Of a DNA stretch of 7,000 nucleotides, positions 1 to 6,918 are shown one piece after another. Made by a program: the position numbers and the translations under genes. The DNA lies in NCBI RefSeq assembly GCF_018420025.1, contig NZ_JAEDAM010000064.1, positions 1-7,000 on the forward strand. Reading direction: 5' to 3'. Source of the DNA: Candidatus Vampirococcus lugosii. GTDB lineage: Bacteria > Patescibacteriota > Gracilibacteria > Absconditabacterales > Absconditicoccaceae. The first letter of the stretch is position 1; each line of letters begins with the position of its first letter. The notes under the pieces were generated by a model. That model was not told where the DNA came from. It worked only from the letters and a program-made list of their open reading frames with translations, and did no database searches.

Positions 1-977
1 CCCATTCATGAATCTCTCCACGGCAATATAGCTTCCAAATATTTACTATTTTTATCAATCATTTTTTCCAAATCAACTTGAAGAGTTTGTCATAATCAAT
101 GACAAGTTTCACAAGCTCATTCTTGTCTATTTGGCGAAAAATGTTGAGTAGTAAAATCTGGATATATAATATCACAATCAGGACAAAAATTTTTATCAGT
201 ATACCAAGTAATATTTCAATTTTGATATATTCATACTTTATTTTTATTTAAAAGAATTTTTACTATTCATTCTTTAAGTCTTGATAAATTTTTATCTTCA
301 AGACTAATACGATCATAAATTCAATAAACTTTGATTGGAAAATTTCATTTTGGAATTTTGGGATCTTCAAGATAAAAATATTCTATACATTCAAAATTAT
401 CAAGTTGAATTATAATTCTAATACTTCATTTACCAGCATCAACTTGTTTTCTATTTTTTCTAGTAAATTTCAATAAATCATTTTCTTCTTTAAAATCTCA
501 TATATACTGTAAAATATATATTTTTTCTCATTCAAATTTTTCAATTATTTGTTTATAAATATTATCAGTAGTTTGTGCTTTAATTTCTTTATTACATGAA
601 TAACAATATATATCACCAAGTTTAGCAAACAAAAGTCTTAAATAATCATCAACTTCAGTCATAGTTCATACAGTACTTCTACTATTTCCAACTTTTTTAT
701 TTTGTTCAATTGCTATTGCTGGAGAAAATCACTGACAATAATCAACATCAGGTCTTTCTCATAAATTAAAAAATTGTCTTAAATAACTAGATAAAGATTC
801 TATATATCTAAATTGTCATTCTTTGTAAATAGTATTGAAAGCAAGTGTAGATTTACCTGATCCACTAACTCCTGTAATTGTAATTAATTTATTTTTTGGT
901 AAAGTAATATCAATATTATTTAAATTATTTGTTCTTGCTCATTTGATAATCAATTTTGAAAAATCATTATTTTCCAT
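1..977 (-). CDS. uvrA: Excinuclease ABC subunit A (UvrA), N-terminal ~325 codons; the gene continues past the left edge of the window
   Basis: ATG at 977..975, with an in-frame TAA eight codons upstream. The frame stays open to position 1 when TGA is sense (17 in-frame TGA by hand count, no TAA/TAG). The translation [120 protein letters not shown] tracks the E. coli UvrA N-terminus motif by motif. Walker [10 protein letters not shown] lies at 846-872, and the zinc-module Cys pairs are present. Confidence 0.92.
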
Positions 978-1220
978 ATACAGAAATATTTTATATATTA
1001 TAAATAAACTATATTTATATACTTTTATATCAAAATTTCAATAGTATATAAAACTAATCTATAGCAAACCATTTCAAATATCCCACCAAATAATAAAATT
1101 TAATAAAAAATACACAAAAAATCACTTGAAAAAGATAAAAAAAATAATATAATTTAATTATTCAAAATTAATTAATAATTAATATTTAATCTTGAAAATT
1201 ATGAAAAAATGAGAAAATTT

Positions 1221-1245
1221 AATTGTGAATTGTGAATTGTGAATT
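1221..1245. repeat. Tandem heptanucleotide repeat (AATTGTG) x3 plus a partial fourth unit (AATT), in the uvrA/pilin divergent intergenic region
   Basis: Direct reading gives aattgtg aattgtg aattgtg aatt. It lies about 120-145 nt upstream of the pilin ATG (1366) and about 245 nt upstream of the uvrA ATG (977, opposite strand). Confidence 0.75.
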
Positions 1246-1258
1246 AGATAATTTATCT
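1246..1258. promoter_or_regulatory. 13-bp palindrome AGATAA-T-TTATCT directly abutting the heptamer repeat; candidate protein-binding site
   Basis: agataa (1246-1251) is the exact reverse complement of ttatct (1253-1258), with a 1-nt centre. The function is inferred only. Palindromes of A/T-rich hexamers are not rare at this base composition. Confidence 0.25.
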
Positions 1259-1315
1259 ATAAATAATTTTTGAGTTAATAAAAAAATATGATAGATTTTT
1301 TCTATTGTGTTTTTT

Positions 1316-1339
1316 TATTGATTTAAGAAAAAATCAATA
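1316..1339. promoter_or_regulatory. 9-bp inverted repeat TATTGATTT-N6-AAATCAATA just upstream of the pilin start; candidate operator or RNA hairpin
   Basis: tattgattt (1316-1324) and aaatcaata (1331-1339) are exact reverse complements separated by aagaaa. The repeat ends 27 nt before the ATG at 1366. A TATAAT hexamer follows at 1348-1353, but I found no well-spaced -35 for it. Confidence 0.3.
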
Positions 1340-1365
1340 TATTTTAATATAATAAATAATTAGAT

Positions 1366-2631
1366 ATGAAAAAAAACAATAAATGATTTACATTAGTAGA
1401 AGTTGTGATAACAGTTTGAATTATCGCAATATTGGCGGTAGTAGGATGAATTAGTATTAGTATTTGGATAAGTAAAGCAAGGGATGCACAAGTGGTAAAC
1501 AATGTGCAAACTATAGCATGAGGACTTGAAAGCTATCATATGAAAAATTTTGAATTTCCTGTACCAGATGGTAATATTTTGCCTGATGATCATAAAAAAC
1601 GGGAACAATGAATAATATGATCTTGAGTGATCAAAAAATTATCAAGTTTTATTAATGTAAAAAATTTATCAAATTCTAATAAATATATTTATAGTACTTA
1701 TCAAATTTACGATCATTATCAAGTAATATGACTGTTGGAAAATGATGTTCAAATACAGGCATATGAATATATTATAGATAAAGCACATGCAAATACGGAT
1801 AAAATTGTTGAGCTATGAGATAAATGATATTATTCAAAATGAACCGTTGAAAATATTCCTATGATAATAAATGAAAATAATAAAACTTTAGTACTTGAAT
1901 GAAATGATTGAACTGATTGATGAACTACTTGAAATTATTCTGCTATAAATAATGATTGAACAAATATTTTGAATGGTAATCCTAATTTTAAATGAGTTAG
2001 TGATTTAACTCAAATATCAAAAAATACAAGTGAATATATAGAAAAAGGTGATAATGCAATTATAGAAATTGAAGAAGGTATATATCAATCTATTGATTGA
2101 AAATTTATTAAAATCACAGATTCAAGTACAGATAACGATCTATGATATACAATCATAACTTATAATCCAAGTAATATATCATGAGAACCTGATTTTAGTG
2201 CTTGAAAAAATTCTTTTAATATAAATTGATCAGATCCAAAAATGGAATGGTGATGTAATTGAAAAAAAGTTAGTGATAATGGAAGTGATGGTAAAATAAA
2301 AACTGAAGAAATAGTAAATTTTCACGATGATAATAATAATTTTAGTTGATATAATTATACTTCTTATACAGGAGATTATTCAGATATATGATGTAACTCA
2401 GGCAATGATTGAAATGTAGGAGCTATATTTTGTAACAATTTAGTTTTTAATTGACATAATAATTGGTATTTGCCGTCAAGTAGTGAGTTAAATATAATTA
2501 AAAAACAAAACCTTTTAATTGAAAATCGCTACTTTTCTGCTTCCGAATATTGAAATAATTGAGCTTGGACAAATAACAGTGCTCATTCTAAAAATTATGA
2601 TCGTTATATCCGCTGTATTCGTAGAGAATAA
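1366..2631 (+). CDS. Modular type IV pilin / pseudopilin-like protein (421 aa): prepilin N-terminal cleavage/methylation signal, Gly/Asn/Asp-rich middle region, and DUF1566 (Lcl C-terminal / FISUMP-like) C-terminal module
   Basis: I checked the frame codon by codon from ATG 1366 to TAA 2629-2631. There is no TAA/TAG, and 31 in-frame TGA by hand count. The N-terminus MKKNNK-G-FTLVEVVITVGIIAILAVVGGISISIWISKARDAQ is the class III signal, with Gly at -1 (TGA 1384-1386), Phe at +1, Glu at +5 (1399-1401) and a hydrophobic alpha-1 helix. The C-terminus ..AIFCNNLVFNGHNNWYLPSSSELNIIKKQ..YFSASEY..AWTNN..YIRCIRRE matches the DUF1566 pattern C-x-n-l-x-x-G-x-x-x-W-R/Y-LP-x-x-x-EL ... Y-W/x-S ... vRCvR. 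Four Cys in the distal third could form two disulfides. Confidence 0.82.
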
Positions 2632-2651
2632 ATTTTAAAACTCAAGCAAAC

Positions 2652-2697
2652 AAAAAAAGACACTAGTTTAATAAACTTAAAAACCGTGTCTTTTTTT
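2652..2697. terminator. Candidate bidirectional intrinsic terminator between the convergent pilin and CPBP genes
   Basis: AAAAAAAGACAC (2652-2663) pairs with GTGTCTTTTTTT (2686-2697), giving an A-tract/T-tract-flanked stem that can act on both strands. The weaknesses are a GC core of only 5 bp and a long 22-nt loop. Confidence 0.4.
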
Positions 2698-2730
2698 GTT
2701 TTATATAAAAAACCAAATAAAATATATTAC

Positions 2731-3399
2731 TTAAAAATAAAACATTTTAATTCATATCAAAATGATAGCAATATCAGCAAAAACATGAACAATATAACCA
2801 TTAATTATAGTTTCATTTTTTTCATTAACATATGAAAATATTAAACCACCTATGATAAGTCATATTAATGCCAATAAAAAATTATACCAAGCAAACCATG
2901 TAGCAAATATTCCAACATGATAAATTGAAAACAAAAATGAATTAAAAAAATATTTTCAAAATCTATTTTTTACAGTATGATAGAACACAAAGCCTCTAAA
3001 GAAAAATTCTTCAAAAAAAGCATTAAAAAATGTAATATATATCGCAACAAATGGAAAAATCATTTTATTGACTCATACATTATTTTCTAATTCTTCAGCT
3101 ATGAAACCTAAATCTATTGTATTACTCAATATTACATATGTAATAATAATAGTTACTAATACTAAAATAGATAAAATCCAAGTAAGTCATCTTAAATTAT
3201 TTTTTTTAATATTTATCAAAGATAAAGTTCTTTCTTTACCCAATATAATTATTGGTATTACCAAAAACAATAATATTTTAAATAATATTTTATATAATAT
3301 AAAAACATTCAAAATTTGTTCTAATACATACAAAACTCCTACTGCAAACAATATATATAGTATTAAAATAATTTTATTATTATATATTCTATCTTCCAT
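2731..3399 (-). CDS. CPBP family (CAAX protease / Abi, Rce1-like) glutamic-type intramembrane metalloprotease, 222 aa
   Basis: ATG at 3399..3397 and TAA at 2733..2731, with 5 in-frame TGA; walked codon by codon. The protein is polytopic and hydrophobic. It carries the three CPBP signature motifs: EEFFFRG (2992-3012, EExxxR), FSIYH (His at 2917-2919, FxxxH) and HVFAD (2773-2787, HxxxD/N). Confidence 0.82.
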
Positions 3400-3448
3400 T
3401 ATTGAATTTATTTAATTTAATAAAATTTATAATTTTTATTATATATTC

Positions 3449-3493
3449 AAAAAAATTATGAAATAAAGAAAAAAAATAACTTTATTTCATAAT
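3449..3493 (-). terminator. Candidate rho-independent terminator of the TelA-SPFH-flotillin operon
   Basis: There is a perfect 14-bp inverted repeat: attatgaaataaag (3455-3468) and ctttatttcataat (3480-3493), with an 11-nt loop. Read on the minus strand, the hairpin is followed at once by TTTTTT (complement of 3449-3454). It begins 24 nt after the flotillin stop. The stem is A/T-rich, with only 2 G:C pairs. Confidence 0.5.
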
Positions 3494-3516
3494 CATTAAA
3501 TTAATTATATATTTTT

Positions 3517-4959
3517 TTATACAGACTCTTCTTGTTTATCATTTATTTGTTTAAAATTATTTACTATATTATTAAATTTTTCTTCTCATACTGTTTTTTT
3601 AAATGTTTCAACCATAGCTCAAATATTAGCTCATCAATTTGAAGAAAACAAATCCATAAAACTATTTATTCAACTAGTTCAATTATCACCAGTAGATACA
3701 ATCTTTATATCTGCATTATTTAATGCACGAGCTTTTTCAAGATCTACAACTTGTGATATATCAGCTTCAAGCTGTTTAATCATAAAGTTAAGAGCTTCAG
3801 GTTTAAATTTATTCAAAGCTTCTGCCATTTCTTCTTTATTTCTAGCTTCAGCTGTTCATATATAATTAACTTCTCTTGCTTTAGCTTCAGCAAGTGATTG
3901 TATTCTTTTTGCTTCTGCTTCAGCCAATGATTCAATTTTTAATCTTTCAGCTTCTGCATTTGTTTCAGTAATATATTTTTCAGATTCAACTTCTATTTTT
4001 CTTCTATCTCTTATTTCTTCAGCCTTTATTATTTCTGTTCTCTTACTTATTTCTGCATTTCTTTCTTCTTCAAGTTGTTCTATCATCAATTCTTTTTCTC
4101 TAGTAGATTTTTGAGCTTCAAACATTTTTTGTCTTGAAATTTCTTTTTTTAAGTTCAATTCTTCTTCTTTTTCAATTTCAAAATTTTCTGTTACTCTTTC
4201 ATTTTCTAATTTCTTTAATCAAGACTCTCTTTGTGAATCATATTCAACAATATCAGCTTTTGATTTAGCTTCAGCCGCTCTAGCTCTAGCTTCCGATTCT
4301 TTATTTTCTTTTTCAATAATAGTTCTTTTTTGATTTTCCGAAACTTCAATTTGAGATTCAGATTCAATTTCAGATCTTTTTTTCTGCATAATATTACTTA
4401 TTACTCTACTTTCTCAAGTTTCAGGATCTCTAATATCCATAAATTCTACATTTTTTAAATCAACTCACCAACTTACAACAGAGTCCAAAACTTCTTTATA
4501 GAATTCTTCTTTTATTTCAACTCTAGATTCCATTATTTCTATAATATCTTTTGATGCAAGAGTTTTTCTTATTACTCATTTTAAAGTTTCATTTAAATGT
4601 TCTTTAAGTTCTTCTATATGAAATATTTTTTGTGCTGCAATTTCAGGTTCTTTTATTACAAAAAATGCAGTAACATCTACTATAAAAGGAACTTTTCATG
4701 AATCATATGCTTTATATTGATCAACTTTTATTGTAAAGATACTAATAGGAAGTTTTTGAACTTCTACTCATAAAGCAGGAACCCAAGATGGCCAATCTAT
4801 ATATACATTTCATGCATCAAATCATCTACCATATGCTTTTGATGTTTTTTTTCATTGTGCTATATGAACTTCATTTGTAGGAACTACTTTTCTTAAATTA
4901 GACAATATTACAATAAACACAATAAATGCAACTAAACCACCAACTCAAAAAATAGTCAT
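3517..4959 (-). CDS. floT: Flotillin-family SPFH/Band-7 protein (FloT/YqiK-like), 480 aa: N-terminal TM, SPFH domain, long Glu/Ala/Lys coiled coil, flotillin C-terminal region
   Basis: ATG at 4959..4957 and TAA at 3519..3517. I checked every codon and found 17 in-frame TGA and no TAA/TAG. The N-terminal TM is TIFGVGGLVAFIVFIVILSNL, followed by LRKVVPTNEVHIAQG...VSWGVDLKNVEFMDIRDP (SPFH core). The EA-rich coiled coil ..ETNAEAERLKIESLAEAEAKRIQSLAEAKAREV.. and the tail ..ALNKFKPEALNFMIKQL..IKIVSTGDNGTSG.. resemble the B. subtilis FloT C-terminus (..GLAEAEAKEKIAAAFEQYG..ITVVDTGGSG..). ORF-track fragment 3856..4158 is an internal piece of this gene. Confidence 0.88.
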
Positions 4960-5003
4960 TTTTAATACTATTTAATAATTAAATTTATTTATTATTTATC
5001 TTT

Positions 5004-5570
5004 TTAAGATAAATTAATATCTATTAATTCTAACTTTTTAAGCTCAACTCAAACATTTTTGATAGAAGATAAGATTTCTTTATAAAGTTTTTCTTTTATA
5101 TCAAGTTTAAAATTACTTTTTTCAAAGAAATCTGTAATATCTACTTTCAAAATACTTTTTGATGAAAAAACTTTTTGTAATATTAATTCTATCATTCTCT
5201 GCAAATACTTTTCTAACTCATTCATATCAAAAGATATATTTGATATAAGTTCAATATCTTTTACAACAAAATATACATTAAGATCTATTATTAGATTTAC
5301 TTTTAGTGAATCATATGTAGTATATTTTTTAAATACTATTGTAAATACATCAAGATTAAATTTAGCAACTTCTATTCATAAAAAAGGAATCCAACCTGGC
5401 CATTCCAAATAAGTATCTCAATGAATAAGTCATTTTCAATAATATTTAAATCCATATCTATATTGTATTAAATGGGCTTCATTTGCAGGAACTACTCTTC
5501 TCAAATTATACAATATCAATACATATGGTAACACAAAAAATAAAACAAAAAGTATAATAATATTAATCAT
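5004..5570 (-). CDS. Short single-TM SPFH-domain protein (188 aa); a paralog of the N-terminal third of the downstream flotillin that lacks the coiled-coil/flotillin tail
   Basis: ATG at 5570..5568 and TAA at 5006..5004, with 5 in-frame TGA; every codon checked. MINIIILFVLFFVLPYVLILYNLRRVVPANEAHLIQ..YYGKGLIHGDTYLEWPGWIPFLGIEV..FTIV..YTTYDS.KV..IIDL..YFVVKD...KEKLYKEILSSIKNVGVELKKLELIDINLS aligns colinearly with flotillin residues ~20-200 (LRKVVPTNEVHIAQ..AYGRGFDAGNVYIDWPSWVPALGVEV..FTIK..YKAYDS.KV..IVDV..FFVIKE...KEEFYKEVLDSVVSWGVDLKNVEFMDIRDP). Confidence 0.75.
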
Positions 5571-5572
5571 TT

Positions 5573-6751
5573 TTATTGTTTTTTATCTTCTTCTTTATCC
5601 ATAATTTCAACTAATTCTTTTTCTTGAGATTCTTCATCTGACAAAGTATTTTTAAGTTCATTTGCATCATCTTTATTCATAACTTTTATATCATCTAATT
5701 TAGCTCTAGCCTCTCCAAATAACTTTCTTTCTTCTTTAGCTTCTCTTGCAACTTGTTCTCTAAAATTTTCTATTTCATCAAAATGATTTTTTAATTTAGT
5801 AACATTTTCCATAAATACTGTTGTAGAAACTACTGGTTTAGATGCAACTTCTTCAGCTTTTTTACTTCATTCTATTGCTTTATCAGTAAGATCACTTGAC
5901 ATTTTATCTATTGTACTACCCATCACATCCATAGCTTTCATACTTGCATCTATAGATTTTTGACTAGAAGTTTCTATTATTGCAGTAGATAAAAGTGTTT
6001 TAAAAATTGGTCTTGATGAATTCATAGATAAAGCAAGTTTAGTAGCACTATCAAGTCTCATTTCTAATCTCTTTTTTGCCATTTCCAAATTACCGATCAA
6101 AACTACTATATTTGTCAAAAAGAACTCAACATTTTGTTTAAACATTGATAATTTTCTTTTTTCATCTTCATTTTCTTCATTATCAATTCTTCCTTGAAGT
6201 TCATCAACTTTTTTTCATATATAATCTTTGTAAGAAACTATAGAACCTAAATTCTCTTCTACACCATCCAAAAAATTATTTTGCATATCTATAGAAGTAT
6301 TTATTGAATAATATGCTTGATCAAATCATGAAAATATTGTTTCAATTTTTCATTCTACAGTTTTCATATTGAAACTCATATCATCTTTAGCATTATCAAT
6401 TTTAGTCACTACAGATCATATTCATGGTATAGATTTCATAAATTTCATAAAACTTCAATCATTATCTATAATATCTCTATAAACTCATTGAACTTCTCAA
6501 TTCATTTTTTCTAATTCATCAGAAACAGACATAATAGGATCACCATCTATTACTTTGGCAGTTTTGGAAACAATATCATCTATTGGAGCTGTAATTCTTT
6601 CTCATATACTTCTAAAATTCTTTGCTTCTTCAAAAGCTTTTTGAATTTCTTTTGTTTCTTCTTCTGACAATTCAATTTGCTTTATTTCTGTGTTTGCCAA
6701 ATTATTAGATAAATTATTATTTTGAATATTATCTTTAACATTATTTTCCAT
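5573..6751 (-). CDS. telA: TelA/YaaN/KlaA-family protein (toxic anion resistance protein family), 392 aa
   Basis: ATG at 6751..6749, with an in-frame TAA three codons upstream. TAA at 5575..5573, and 10 in-frame TGA; walked codon by codon. ORF-track fragments 5573..5812 and 5867..6145 are in the same frame and are joined through TGA 5867-5869. The protein is all-helical and acidic. Its layout resembles B. subtilis YaaN/TelA as recalled: a central ..SIDMQNNFLDGVEENLGSIVSYKDYIGKKVDELQ.. (compare ..NALISDNKLLEQLYEKNKEYF..YIAAGELKLEEL..), then ..LEMRLDSATKLALSMNSSRPIFKTLLSTAIIETSSQKSIDA.., then a C-terminal charged helix. This is a family-level call made without an HMM. Confidence 0.68.
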
Positions 6752-6787
6752 GCTTTTTTAATTTTTTTATAATATAAATATAGATAT

Positions 6788-6815
6788 ATTATATTACTTT
6801 TTTTTAAAAAATCAA
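6788..6815 (-). promoter_or_regulatory. Candidate sigma-70-type promoter of the TelA-SPFH-flotillin operon
   Basis: On the minus strand: TTGATT (6815..6810), a 16-nt spacer (ttttaaaaaaaagtaa), then TATAAT (6793..6788). The -10 ends 36 nt upstream of the ATG at 6751. Such hexamers arise easily by chance in DNA this AT-rich. Confidence 0.3.
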
Positions 6816-6918
6816 ATTAATATGGATATTTTTTCATTTTTGGGATAAAAAATTTAAAGAAAGGACAGATTTTAATTATTATTAGAGTACTTTTAAATCA
6901 ATAAAAAAATGTCCATAA

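Noticed and set aside
835-1044. ORF-track ORF, + strand, 69 aa ([21 protein letters not shown]...)
   Set aside because: It lies antisense to the well-supported uvrA reading frame (Walker A region). The sequence is low-complexity and hydrophobic with no recognisable motif. It is a typical shadow ORF in AT-rich DNA.
1221-1245. Possible CRISPR or minisatellite array
   Set aside because: The units are 7 bp and directly abutting, with no spacers, and there are only about 3.6 copies. This is not CRISPR-like.
1201-1251. Mini-ORF ATG..TAA (MKKGENLIVNCELGIR under table 25) overlapping the heptamer repeat
   Set aside because: It is only 16 codons and is created largely by the repeat itself. It has no supporting signal. 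It cannot be told apart from chance in AT-rich DNA.
1393-1608. ORF-track ORF, - strand, 71 aa
   Set aside because: It lies antisense to the 5' end of the pilin gene, whose prepilin signal is unambiguous. It has no motif support.
3068-3415. ORF-track ORF, + strand, 115 aa
   Set aside because: It lies antisense to the CPBP protease gene, which carries all three catalytic motifs. It is a shadow ORF.
3400-3454. Promoter for the CPBP gene (minus-strand TTGAAT followed by TATAAT/TATAAA-like hexamers)
   Set aside because: The spacings are 1 nt and 13 nt, outside the functional 16-18 nt range, and A/T hexamers are everywhere in this sequence. It is not supportable.
3850-4330. Recurrent DNA motif gcttcagc / agcttc with apparent periodicity
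   Set aside because: It is fully explained by the Glu-Ala-rich coiled coil of the flotillin (GCT GAA GC repeats encoding AEAEA on the minus strand). It is not an independent repeat element.
3517-6751. Treating the fragmented standard-code ORFs (3856..4158, 5573..5812, 5867..6145) as remnants of pseudogenes
   Set aside because: The only interruptions are TGA codons. There are no TAA/TAG codons or frameshifts over 3.2 kb, and the TGA codons sit at Gly-compatible conserved positions. This pattern indicates recoding, not decay.
2731-6751. Search for an NfeD-family gene partnering the SPFH proteins
   Set aside because: No additional ORF under table 25 fits between or beside these genes. The intergenic gaps are 2, 44 and 117 nt.
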